Source: Octopus bimaculoides (Eukaryota). From it: a DNA stretch of 64,000 nt. The notes below the pieces were generated by a model. The model was not told where the DNA came from. It worked only from the letters and a program-made list of their open reading frames with translations, and made no database searches. The stretch spans positions 59,348,820 through 59,412,819 of the forward strand of contig NC_068994.1 of the NCBI RefSeq assembly GCF_001194135.2, given 5' to 3'. Below, piece by piece: positions 39,036 to 52,625 of the stretch; the first letter of the stretch is position 1; each line of letters begins with the position of its first letter. The position numbers were made by a program, and so were the translations under genes.

Positions 39036-39758
39036 CCTTGTTAAAATATATTATTGAAAGCAGAGCCATGTAGTTTTGTATTCCAAAGACTAAAGCCAAT
39101 GTTGGTTAAAATAATATTTCCATAATTAGTACAACTATTCCAATGTCTGGCAGCGGTGCCGTTCGTTAGGGTTAACAGAATTCAGTTTTGGCAACAGAGG
39201 AAGGAATTTTCTTTTGTTTTCTTTCTTCCTTTGACGTGGTGCCACCGATATTTTCCAGTGGTTCTCAAATTCACCGCAGACTTTTAAAAATATAATCGAA
39301 AGCTTTATAAGATATAGACTAACGTTTCAAGGACGTTGTTTGCTTATTCATTTAGTGACCCCAATAATTACGTAAAATGGCTAACAAACATAAAAGAAAG
39401 ATGGTACTTGTCATTTCGGATATTTCAATAATTTCCAAAAATTGATAAAAATCTATTGATGGATAAATGGGATACAGCGATTATTTGGGTTGAGATCTGA
39501 GAGAAAGAGAGAGAGACTGTTCATACAGACACACGTGCACATATATAAATATAGACAATATTAACTTCTTTTTCGCCAAATTCCTGACGATTTACCTGTA
39601 TAAATCTTTTGTTTAAACTCCAGAGATTGGCTACAGAGGGCAGTGGTGTCGAATCCAAAATGCGAAGATCATAAATACATCAGATTTTATAAAACACTTC
39701 AACCGAACACTTGTATCAGTCATTTACATCGAATGACTACATTTGTTAAACATAAATG

Positions 39759-39821
39759 CGATTTTAATCAAGGTTACTTTTGTCCTTTTAATCCTAACAA
39801 AAGTAACCTTGATTAAAATCG
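39759..39821. repeat. Perfect 25-bp inverted repeat with 13-nt loop
   Basis: cgattttaatcaaggttacttttgt / acaaaagtaaccttgattaaaatcg. Confidence 0.95.
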
Positions 39822-42800
39822 AATAGAAGCCAATGAGAGAACCTCTACGTAGTCATTCGACTTTCTAGAAATAGGAGTGAAATTTCAAGTTACACAGATT
39901 TTGAAAGAAAAAAAATAGGGGGAGGATATCTAAGGTAATGTACTGTATTTGCTTATGGCTGAAAACGTCAAACATTTATGGTTGAGTTTGCTTTTAGGCG
40001 TGTTCCTGTTGACATAAGGTACAAGCGTGTCTTTCGCTGGAAAGACATAGCAATCAGCAACGGTCATTCGTAGTTTTACGCAAAATAACACAAATTCTTC
40101 AATGTTTGGAAAGAGCGCCCAAAATTAGTTTAGTCGCGGTTGTATTTACAATTGGGTTCAATCACAGTAACGGTCTTGATCGTTTAATTCTACCGGCAAG
40201 CACCTTTTAATAAACTCGTTTTCGCCAAAGAATTAATATTCTGTTTTATTACTAAGCAGTCAGCTTAAATATGCTTGAAGCATATTCGAAACCGCAAGAA
40301 AACCATTCATTGTAGTTAGTATTTTGTGATGAAGAAAATTTCTCGCCGTAAACAAATACACAAAGACTGTTTTGTTGTTTGGAAAAGATCATAAAAAAAA
40401 AAATATGATTATTTGACTATCAAGTACAAGGAAATAAAATTTTCTTTCGTTTCTATAACTCTGGTGAAGTTAAATGACATTTTCTTTTAAAGATAACCAC
40501 TCGTTTTTGGTTTCTCTTTTTCTCATGGCCTGAATTTAAAACAATAAGTAGAAAGTCGGTATCGATCTCAAATCTTGTAATTTGAGATTAAAACACTTTT
40601 TTAAATAAGAACTCTTTCAATTTTATTGGAAAGCATGACGTAAAATAACAGAAAATATACAATTCAAGCGCAACAAAACGTTAAAAATAATGTTAAAATG
40701 AAAAACGATTTGCGGGTTACAGTAATAAATTTCCACTTGAAAAACTGATCGATAATCTCAACTATCATTGAACTTCGCCGATAATCCGTGGATTAGGTCT
40801 ATCATTTTTTTAACGTTTCATTCTTCATTGAATATTGACCCCCTAAATTTTATTGGATACCGACATTTTGCGATCGAAAAAAAAATCCTTTTTAAGCGTT
40901 TAACATTATATTTCAACACGTCAGAATAACAACCACTTTTATCTAACTTTGGACTCTTCAACAACTCGGACATTTTCTCTTAAAGACTGTTTACAATATC
41001 TTTAGAGAAGATCAACACTATCAGTCTCCGATTAATACTCTATATTGTCTTCGCCTTGCAACTACTTTCAAAATTGGATCCACAGACAGAAGTATAACTC
41101 CTGGAGAGGTAATCGAAGTTCTTCATTCTCTTTCGTTCCTCAAACCAAACGAACCGCACTTAAAAAGATTCTCTACAGCTCAGTGGCTACCATATTCTCG
41201 AAGCTCGCACATTACAATGTCAAGCATCCATGGAGTAACAAGACACAGACCATAATTACACTGGGCATTGGTATCATACTCTTATCCAATTTGATCGATC
41301 AGCTATTGATCTTCTTCAGAAAAGCCATTGATCTCCAAGACCCACGAATAAGTGCTTGTTGATCTAGTGCCACATAATGTCCAATAGTTTTACTTAAGAA
41401 AACTTTTCGGTTGGTTCGTTTAGCATAATCATAAAAGCCTTTGTCCACTAATCAGAGTGACAACGACTAAAGAACCTTTTTGCTCTCTCAGGGAACCAAG
41501 CTGAAAGTGAAGGAGCCAATTCATAGAAGATCAGTGGATTTCAATAAGTTAAAATATTGGATTAAAGTTCCTGTAACTCGCAAATAGCCTTTCATTTTAA
41601 AGTTAAAATCCGTTTTCTATTAAACATTTCACTGCATTTCATTGAATATTTTGTTATTGCGCTTTATACTATGAAATAAGACGGTAGAAGAAATTGTTAT
41701 TTATCCTCGTTGGATTATTAGGAGCTTATCATGGGGCCAGATAAGTCAGAAATCCTGGCTATTTCGTTATGGTTAAATAATATCACATTAGAACATTAAT
41801 CATCCCGAAAACAAATTTCTAACAAGTCATCGGTCGTCAGCGCTAAACAATCAAATAACTGCTCAGATATGAGATCAATTTACAATTATAATCAGGAATA
41901 AACTAACTTTTTGTTCTCTTCACTGCAAGGATATTGAAATAATTTCTCTTATTTTAGGTTTTTAAAAAATGTATTAATTCAATTTTGTCGTAGCACAACA
42001 GCATGGCTCCTAACGATTTACTTCGATAATGAAATAACTTTAGCTTCTTTAATATTAAAATATGAAAGCACTTCATAATCACAAAGATTTTAACAAAACC
42101 TATTATCACCCACTTCTTGAAAAAGAGTGCAACTCCACCCCTTTTAAGACTGCAAAGTGTGACTTGAGATTTAGCTGCTATTTGTAGCAGGTCGATTAAC
42201 AATGCAGAAGTTCTGGTGTTGAATCGTGTTGGATTTTGTTCAAGTATTTAAAGAAAATAGTATTTCTTTCTATTATTTCATTTCATAAAAATCTACATTT
42301 TCTGTTGAATGTTTCCCCTAAACAAACTAAAAATGCTTCGTTCGGGGCGTAGAGTTACGTCCCTTTACATAGATCGATACCGAAAGTCAGTCATCCCTAA
42401 CCTAAAGAAAATTCCCTATTATTCTTCTGAAATCACCCAACTAATATAAAATGATCGAAATTCTTGAAGTTGACGTTTAATGAGAGAGAGGGGGGAGAGG
42501 CTGGCAGCCAATTATTGGTCGCCTTCACCAAAACAGACACCACACCTGTGTATGTTGTGTTGAGTGCGCACATTTCTAAGTATTGCCAAAGAGGTCAACT
42601 CACTGAGAGTTCTGCTTCGACTCCCGGTCGTAACTTTTACACTTCACTCATGGCGTTAGATACACTTGGGAAAGACAGAAAGGTCACATTCCTCACCACA
42701 CACACATCTTTTTCAGTCAATAAAATACGTCTGCATTCGAAGATTAAAACAAATTATTGACCCCGTCAAATCTTTGAAGTTAATAGGTTTGTGGTTGTGT

Positions 42801-43808
42801 GTAAAATAAAAACATTAATTTAGCAAGCAAACGATGTCCTTCAAGAATAAATTTCCAGATTTTTCACCCCGAATTTACCTTCCTTCCCCGCCCCCTCTTA
42901 TTTCGAAGCGAGAAACGCGTTAATGTCTGCAGGAACTGGTTTCAATAATTATTGTTTCTTGAAAATATGGAGACGATAGCAACAATGGCCCATAATAAAG
43001 GCTTTAGATCTAGTATAAGATACCAGATCACTTTTAAAACAAAGACTATAACAGCTTTTAGATCAAAAAAGGTTCGCACAACGGTAGATTGATAGCTAGA
43101 GATAGAGAGGAAGAACGAAAGAAGGCACCATCCCAAGACAATGGATTGGCGAAAACTTATGGAGAAATATTTTGTGGTGTCTATTTTGGCTTTGAGCAAT
43201 CTAGGTTCTTAGAATCGCACCCCGTGTCACCGGGAGGAAAAACTAGTCGAGTGGAGCCTGGGAAAACGATGATCACTTACCGCCAGAACATCAGCTGGGA
43301 GGAGAGAATGCAAAAGGCAAAAAAAACCAAAAAAAACAAAAACAAAACAATATTCTATTGAGGAAAAGTGGATTTCGAAGCATACATACAGCTATAAATA
43401 ACGGCACGTAAATATTGGGTTGAAAATCATCGTGGACATATCCTAAATGCAAGTACTTAGGACAGGAACAAGCATGGCCACGATCTTGGACATTATAAAT
43501 AAAACGTGTCCATCGCTATGAGGCACTCTGTGTACACACACCTGTTTTAACGTCTATGTTCCATGCTGGCATGAGTTGGAGAGTACACCAGGCTACGATG
43601 GGTCCAAGGACTGCATCGTGCGCCAGTGTCTGTTTTGTAATAGTTTCTATGGCTAGTTGCCCTTCCTAACGTAGAAACCATGCCAAAGCAGATACACATA
43701 TACAAATGAGTCAAGGAGTTTTTGTCTACTAATTACTGGGATAATTTCAGTTAATCAGTTTCAACTAAATATACTACCTATGTGTATTTGTAATAAAAAA
43801 AAAAGGTG

Positions 43809-43857
<49 letters not shown>

Positions 43858-46800
43858 GAAGTGTTAAGTTCGATCCGTCAGTGTGATATCAGAAGCTGAA
43901 GAAATAAGGTTATTTTCTTCACAACAAAAATTTGGTCACACCTTTTGGTAGACGAAAACTGTATGGAATCTCGTCGAAGATTGAAACCGTACATAAACCG
44001 TCCAGTCATGTTCGATACATTGTGTGACGGTGATTCTATCTGAAGATCCGTGAAGGGTTCACGTATCTGAAAATGACAAAACCACATACACCCTAATTTA
44101 ATGGAGCAATCAGGGCAGTTGATTGTACGACTGATTATGCACCGACGAAATCAACGAAGATCCATTTCAAATCACACACACACACATGTATGTGTGTGTG
44201 TGTGATTTTAAATGAGTGTGAAGATGAGGCTATTTGGTTGAATTAGCAATCGTCAGAACATGATTTATGCAAATCAGGCCAAGCCAATCCGTTGAAGCCA
44301 CCACAATAAGTGTGTACAAAATAGGTGGTGTATGTTATTTGTTGTCTTTGTCGGCAAAAGTGGTGGTACAAGACTTCTGAAGATGAACCCAATAAGGTTC
44401 GAAACCTGGGTCAAGAAGCTACAACACCATTTTATTTGACCGTGGAAAAATTAACAGGCATTTGTTTACATTTGTCGAAAGTACCACGGCGTCGGTTTAA
44501 GATATTTAAGATTCACTTTAATAATATAGGTTGGTAATTATCCTTGCACGCTGTCACAATTATACATACTAGTGAGAAGTTACTGTAAGTACTTTATATC
44601 GATCATTGTGTATCTAGGACTACATCATCCAATGTATGCCTCCCATTTCATAACAGGAGGAGGTGTATTTTAATAGAGTCGGTTGCTATCTCTAGCAATT
44701 CCAGCAACTCAGTAGAGTTCATCTCGTTGATTCAATGTATTATTTAATTCTTTAGTTTCGGTTTTCATTCTAAGACAGCGACTTTGCAGAAAACCTGCTA
44801 CGTTAATACGGTTTCTCTCCATTTTAAATAAATAAAAAAACGCGGTTCATATTGACTTTCATTCATTCGGGTCGATAAAGTACAAGTAATATAATGAAAT
44901 CACTCCCAAAGGACGGTTAGTTGTCATTTAGGTTCGGAGTTCAGTTTCTGTCAGGGGTGTCTAGAAATATAACATTACCATATTTAATCGACAACACTAC
45001 TATACAATATGGGTTCTAGCACTCTCTACGGGATCGTTCCAACACTAAAAAAAAGCAGTCAAATCTCCCACATCTTACCGTCTTAAAGAACACATTGGGT
45101 AATGCGATCTTGGATTTCCTGCATATCGGATAAGACGGGAGAACTACGGATGGAATGCTTATGAACGTAAGCTTGTTTGGTTCGGGCTTCTCAGGGGTTA
45201 AACAACAGTCCCATCAATTCTATTTTCAATACTAAGCTGACGGACTGGCAGAATCGATAGAGCGTCGGGGAAAATGCCGCCAAGATCAACTTAGCCTTTC
45301 CTCTTTCTGTGATCGATAAAAAAAAGTACCATTTAAGTACTCGGAGCAATAGTATCGAGAAGCCCCTTCCTATCAAAAATTACTGACCTCCTGTCTAACT
45401 AAGAAACCAATATTTAAATATTGTGATATGAAGACACTTGATCATAGAAACCTTTTAAAGAAAGACATACCGTCGACATAAACAATACCCAACAATAAGC
45501 ACAGAACAGCTCCTTGCTGAAGATCCTCGCTCGAAGTGATAGTCGTCCATGTATGTTTAAATTTTCTGATAAAGGTGTTACGTAAAACTGCTTTCAAATG
45601 ACATAACGAAAACCCAGCCCTGATTTCTAGTCATGGTTGCCTTTGTTAAGGACTGGGCCAAATATTGTGCTAAAAGGCGCACCAACGAGAAGGAAGTGTA
45701 TTTATTAAAAGTATGAAAGTGTGTGGTAAGAGCAGTGCCTAATCGACTGAATCCTTTCTCCGTACACATTTAAGCTATTGTGCATAGGTCGAAAAGAAAA
45801 AGAACTTTAATGACAACCAAGGTTTCTATTATGATGTTAATCAGGTTTCGATAAACCTTTGCAAATATTTGGAAGAGAAAATCAAGACGGAAAAATCAGA
45901 TTGGCTTTTATAGAGATAACGACGTCAATGGCTAAAAGAAGAAAAAAAAGAAACAAAAAAAAACCTAATGAACGAGAGAATGACCTTCACGCCAGCTACT
46001 CAATATCACCTCAGTTCAAAAGCAACGGAATGATACAAACATTATTATCTTTCACTAAGGAATAAAATCAGGAAAACGAAGCATATTTTTCTGCTTTTCA
46101 AAACAGAATCGTTTTCTCTCACTATATTTTTGTATCAATTATGTAACTGATAAAAACATCAAATATATTGCCTCAATTTAATTAAAGATGGAAAAAGAAA
46201 AAAAGAGCAACTATAAACATTTGTATCTCATATTTAAATAAAAGGATTTTTAAATAAATGTATTTTATTGTGTTGCATTAAAATTTCTGAATCATTGTAG
46301 ATCGACCGGAATATAGCGAAGTCCATCTGTCTGTCTCTCAACTAGACAACACACACGTCAAAGTGAGTTTCACCTTGACCTTCACTAAATAAATACCTCA
46401 CACCTTCCAAACTTGACCAACCAGTTTAGCAGATTACAGTAACAACCTTCTTTCACATGAAATACAAAACACTCACTCTTAACAGCAACATTAACATCTT
46501 ACTTCCCATATCATCACTTGCACAGCAATATCACACACACACGCACACATATATAAACAGACACACATGCAGGTATAGACATAAATATACATACACACAC
46601 ATATATATACTTGATGTATACACCCACATATACACACAAATCACACACATACATACATATATTATATATCACAATTAAAACGTTTGTTATATTTCATGCA
46701 TGAGTGTTTATAAGACGTATTCATTGCATAGCCATTTCCAGAAACATTCATAATTCATACATTTTATGAATGTGTGTAAGCGTGAGAAACAAATGTCTCC

Positions 46801-47341
46801 GAATAGAACTACGACGCACTATTCAGATCTGAGCCAGTTGTGGAAGCTTCTGCGGCCAGAGATAGCCCTCAAAAGAGGGTTAACACATAGTTGGCAGTAG
46901 AAGATTCAAATAAGAATCACAGAACAGCGAGGCCCCGTTTAGAACGCAAGAGATCGCTTAGAAAACAGACTGTGAACTCACTATCCATCAGGTGCTAGCC
47001 ATAATAAACCTTATTCTTTTATTCTTTCAATTTCACCTCTTCATACGAATGCGCGCGCGAATGCACACACACACACACGCATACAAATAGGTATGTATGT
47101 GTGTGTGTATGTGGAGATCGAAAGATCGAATGGTGTCTAAACGTAGCCGAGTATTTTAGAAATAGACATTCAAAGATAGCGATGTCAGACAAACGTAAGA
47201 ACACGAAAATAAGTGCCGTTTGACATAATCTGTGTGATATCATTTAATCCCTTAAGATTAGGGGAACCAGATATTATTTGCTCTGCGACGGTAAACCTAC
47301 ATACCTCAAAAACAAACGCAAAATTATGAAGCTCCAGTGTT

Positions 47342-47381
<40 letters not shown>

Positions 47382-47490
47382 TTCGGAAGGTGCCGAAATT
47401 TTTTGTGATCCTGACAACTAAAAGCGAATGCCCACAGTGCGCGTGTATATATGTGCATATGTCTGTGTGTATATATATGTCTGTATATAA

Positions 47491-47541
<51 letters not shown>

Positions 47542-47685
47542 GGGGGGTATATATGTATATAGGTAATGTGTGTATACTGTGCGTGGCAGGAGAACAAAAT
47601 ATTCATTTGCCTGTCAAAACAATGAGTGTATAAAAGAAAGAGGAAAGAAGAGAAACAAGAAAATCAATATGAAGCTTGTACTTAC

Positions 47686-47748
47686 ACTTCGAGGTCGCTT
47701 GGAACGTCCTTGGCTACCACAACTATCAGTCCTACTATAAGTTTCCAT
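47686..47748 (-). CDS. Candidate hexokinase first coding exon (METYSRTDSCGSQGRSKRPRS)
   Basis: ATG at 47748, 63 nt open, ends in phase 0 at a GTAAGT donor and so fits the phase-0 acceptor at 23526. A CpG/GCC-rich promoter-like region lies upstream at 48.2-48.4 kb. No homology or transcript support was available. Confidence 0.5.
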
Positions 47749-48229
47749 GGAAACTGGCAATGAACTAACTTCCAAAAATTCTGTAGACTAAGTCGAAGAT
47801 TCAGGCAGGGAGACGGGTCAGACGAAATAAGGGAATCAATTATTTCAAACTAATATTCTTGGTGAAGTAAATATTTCGATCAGGTGAGAAACGTGAATCT
47901 AAGAAAGGTGAGGGAAACAGGAAGACTGCTCCAGGATGACGAACGACACATGGAAATTCATAAAAGACATTCAGATGTCCGATATTGTTGTTATTACTTT
48001 TATCATCATCTTTATCGTTATATAAAAGGTATTAATGGCTTGGAATTTGAGTAAAACGAAACGTATAGCACCGACCAGGTTATAAATATCGTACCAGTCA
48101 ATATGAGTGAATAGGTTGGTGTGGTTTAAATAGATTCTTTGTTAGAAGGGGAGGAGGAAATAAGGAGTGAACAAATGTATGGAAGATGCGAAACACGTTA
48201 AGACTATTCTATCATAAGGTTAATAGACA

Positions 48230-48360
48230 TAGAACAGAGCGTGTGATAGCGACGGCGGAGACTAGTGGTGGTGGGGGTCGTAGAGGCGGCGGCGGCGGCG
48301 AGATACTTGCAAGTGACTGTTGAAATTGCACGGCTGGGGGGGAAAATACGGGTTCCACCA
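48230..48360 (-). promoter_or_regulatory. CpG-rich, (GCC)n-containing putative promoter or 5' leader
   Basis: gaggcggcggcggcggcgag and G-runs in otherwise AT-rich DNA, about 550 bp upstream of the candidate exon 1. Confidence 0.35.
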
Positions 48361-50512
48361 GTTGATTCTTAATCTCTGAATGTCATAACGAATGACTAGA
48401 AAAATAACTTAGTGACGAAGATATTCAGAAAATATCAGATTAAAGATTACAGCAGAGACCAGTAAAAACTAACATCACAATTTACGACTCCTGTTTGTGC
48501 TAGTATTTTTCACCGTTCAATTTAGCACATTGCCACCACCACTACTACGACGACTACTACTACTACCAATAGTAAAGAGATGTGTATACTACTACTACCA
48601 CCACTGAAGAGATGTGCCTACTACTACTACCGCTATTATAACGACTGGTGTAGCATCATCAACAACTCCAGTCCATCTCTTCTCGAATGCGTTGGTAATT
48701 ATTAAAAAAAAAAGCTACTTCTATTAGGACCTTGCGTAGAATCCACACCAAACCGAATCTAATTAAAGAAATCGGTGATAAACCAGAATTTATGCTTTCG
48801 TAATTATACAAAAAAAAACAACATATTATGGATTTCTGTAAACATATATATTTAGCGTATATACGTAATGATATATGCATAATGTACTTCTAAGAAATGA
48901 TTTTCTTTAATAAGTAGATTCGGTAGAATTTCTTAAGACCGACTTGATGCCGGATAATCAAACCAAATCGGTTTCTAAGCAAGAGTGTCTTAGAATCGAA
49001 TGTGTCTTCGTGTAAGATATTTTCTTTCATTTAATAGTTTATTTAAATAACCACCCATTGAATATATGGACATCGTTGAAGGGAGCAGTTTGTGCAACGA
49101 GATCTAAATATTGTTGAACGACTGGTAAAGTAGTTTGGTATTAATCAGACCTGGATTCCTAAGCTAATTCTCTTTCTCTCTGTTTACGTTTACACCTAGA
49201 GCCAAGTATATCTATATAACCATTTATACGCGCACACACACACACAGCTTCATATTATCACATACATATTCAACTCAAGCTGTTTCAGCTTATGAGGTTT
49301 CCATTAATCTCCAAACGTCCTTTGTCAACGTCGGTACCAGTAAATAGATGAAACAATGTCTTTTATAAACACAGAAGGTCGCACGTTAGGACGTACTTGA
49401 ATTGGAATCTTAGTGGGCGTCAGCCTTCTCTAGAAGGTACTGTAAAAACACAAAAAATCAGTTTCACGGACAGAAAGAAGTGAAAGTGACACGTTCGCTC
49501 ACTGCTCGAAACATATGCAACATCAATTAAATGGGATCTGAAACCGAACAATGAACCTCTACTTCTTGCAGATCCAAACCGTACCATCAAATACTCCTCA
49601 TTTTGATAACTATATGGATATTTTTATCAGTGATTTTTGCTGCCCCACGCGAGTGCTTGCTGTCAAAACAACCTCGCTGACAATTATTTGGCCTAAAATA
49701 CGAAAATGTTCTGCCACATGCAATTTACAGGAGATGCTTAATTCCTTGCAAGAATATAGAAGTCCTGGACAAGATTTTCTTCATTTCCAATACTTATTGA
49801 CGAGAGCATGACCACGAAGGTTACAGACCGTCTTCAGTAAACAACATCTACACACATGAACCCTGAAAACAAACAGTTTTAAAACTTGCCGCTTTGCACC
49901 AAAATGATAAAAGATGAAACCAGAGCCTCTTGCGATCGCTCAACCTGTTAGTAATAGCAGCCAAATATCCCTCAAGCCAAACCCTAACGTCTGGATAAAA
50001 AGCAAGAGGATTACGGTTGAAATGTCTCTGATCATAGGTTTGTTAGATTAGAACCGACAAGAAGATAGGCGTAGGTACGATTTGTAAGTGAAACAAGCTC
50101 ACTTCTCAACTGTGCAATTTTGAGTTCAATCATGCTGCGAAGCACTTTGGATATAATTATTCTACAACAGCCACGGATCGACCAAAGCCTTTCAGTGACA
50201 TTTGGTAGATGAAAACGTCCTGGAACCCCATCGTTGAAACTGTTCCTGTTTGTCTGGTGGTAGACTTAATTGGTCACACGATTTCGCACAACCGCTTGGT
50301 ACCTTGGCTGCTTTTGTGGAATCCACTGTTGTAAACATTTGGACCAGAACTTTAGCTTAAAGATAAATCCCTTATTTCTTCCCACCAGCCATGGAGGTAA
50401 ACTCTTCGTCGTCTCCTTCTGACTAAGCAAATGAATCAGCAAATTAAATATTGTTGAGAATCTCCGATAAAACAGGGTCAAGAAAACAAACTGTAGCGAG
50501 GGAAGAAATAAT

Positions 50513-50624
50513 GGTAATTTTTCAGATTAACACCCGCACGATTACCTAATCCTAACTGTAAATCCCTAAACCTAACCCTAAAACCCTAGTGAAAATCGTG
50601 CGGGTGTTAATATGAAAAATTACC
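50513..50624. mobile_element. 112-bp Merlin-like MITE
   Basis: 31-bp TIRs with one mismatch, starting GGTAA; perfect 8-bp TSD gaaataat at 50505-50512 and 50625-50632; CCTAA/CCCTAA-rich interior. Confidence 0.8.
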
Positions 50625-51324
50625 GAAATAATTCCATACGAATGAACCTGTAAGACAAACAACACAAACACAGCATGAACATTAAAAATAAATAGACTGG
50701 GGAGATCTAAATCATATTTTGAAATATACTCTGACCATTGTGAACAGAATTCAAGCTTATTGACTCTTCAAGTTTAAAAAGACAAATAAGTTTGGCCGTT
50801 GTGCTGCCGTGAGCCTCCCCGCCGCTAACAGCTGACTTTAATCTTGTCAACTAATGGAGTGTGACTTTTCCATAGAGGTGTTCAGCTTCGTCATGGCAGC
50901 AGAGGCCAAACTGAGAGCTTCTTGTTATTTCCTATCAAGACGCAAGTATGGACTTGTGTCTAAAAAAGTTCACTGTGCGACCATGTGACTTCAGGTTCAA
51001 CTCTACTACGCGGCACTTCGGGCAAATACTTTCTACCATAGCCTGAGTCCGACGAACGTTTTGTGAGTGAATTTGGTGTGTGTGATCTTGTGTTTGTTCC
51101 GACCACCACTGCTTGACGACCGAGGCCGGTTTGTTTACGTCTCTGGACCCCAGCGGTCAGCAAATAGAGACCGATTTAAAAAAAAAACAGTACTATGGGA
51201 GATTTATTCAACGAAACCTTTCGAGGCGATGCCCCAGCATGGCCGTAGTCCACTAGGTGAAACAAAACAGCACAAGAATTCTGTATGCTAATCTTATGTA
51301 CACCTTTATAAAAAGTGGTTTGTG

Positions 51325-51362
<38 letters not shown>

Positions 51363-52399
51363 AACAAATAATTATTTGTTTACCACCCATGCGGCTTCAG
51401 CTGAGAGTGCCCCTGCACAACACCTTGGGCGAGAGTCTTCAATAACAGTACAGAGCTGACTAATGCCTTGTTTGTGGTCTTACGTATGTGTGCGGACATT
51501 CACGTCCGCATGTAACATCACAAAGTGCGTGACCTGTGTATAGTATGATGTAATTATATGTTGGTGTTTGAAAGTGTTTATTTAAGAAATGGGATTGTCA
51601 AATCACTAATTTTCTACCTCTTAGCTATTAATATCAAAATATAGCAACACAAAAAGCCGTCTATCCTGGAAAGGAAGTGATACCAGACACCACTACTCAA
51701 TCATTTCCTGATTGCTTAACATATCTGGGAATTTTAAATTCAGTAATAACCAATAAGATGTAGGACACAATATCGGGTACGAGAAGAAGTTAGTGAATCA
51801 TGAGTTGATAATTGTTCTAAACAAAAATATAAACAACTATTTTCGGAAAATGAAAAAGTCTTTAGAAAGAAATGAGGCTGGAGAGTCATGTTTCCAGTAA
51901 GATGTTTCAATCAAAATTCTTCACACACACAATATATAAGACTAAAAGGGGATCTCCTCGGCACTCCAGCTAATATTCGCTGAGAGAGAGTATAAAACTG
52001 GATAGTTTTCTATAATGAAAACTGTTCCATACAAATTGAAATTCCAAAGAGAAATTGTTAGTTAAGAAATAAGTCCAATAATGGAGATGTTGGTGTTATT
52101 CAATCCATTACAATCATTTCAATAATACATGGTTCAGAAAATTAATATATATAAATAACAATTATGTAATATTTATTTCTTTATTACCCACAAGGGAGGG
52201 GGGTTAAAACATAGAGGGGACAAACGAAGGGTTTAAGTCGACTACATCGACCCAGTGCGTAACTGGTACTTATTTAATCGACCCCGAAAAGATGAAAGGC
52301 AAAGTCGACCTCAGCGGAATTTGATCTCAGAACGTAACAGCAGACGAAATACCGCTAAGCATTCCGCCCGGCATGCTAACGATTTTGTAATTTTACAAC

Positions 52400-52625
52400 A
52401 TAAAGCAGCGAATCGGCAGGATTGTAAGCACATCAGGCAAAATGCTTAGCAGCGTTTCATCTGGCTTTTTGTTTTTTTGCTCTGAGTTAAGATTCCGTCA
52501 AGGTTGACTTTCCCTTTCGTCTTTTCAGGGTCAATGCAATGATTACCCATTAATTATTGAAGCTGATGTCATCGACTTAACGTCTCTCTGTAACTTGCTG
52601 GCCTTGTGCCAAAATTTGAAACCAT
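52400..52625 (+). mobile_element. Family-B SINE, head-to-head with the copy at 52165-52385
   Basis: gcagcgaatcggcaggattgtaagcac..aggcaaaatgcttagcagcgtttc...ctgagttaagattccgtcaaggttgacttt. Confidence 0.7.
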
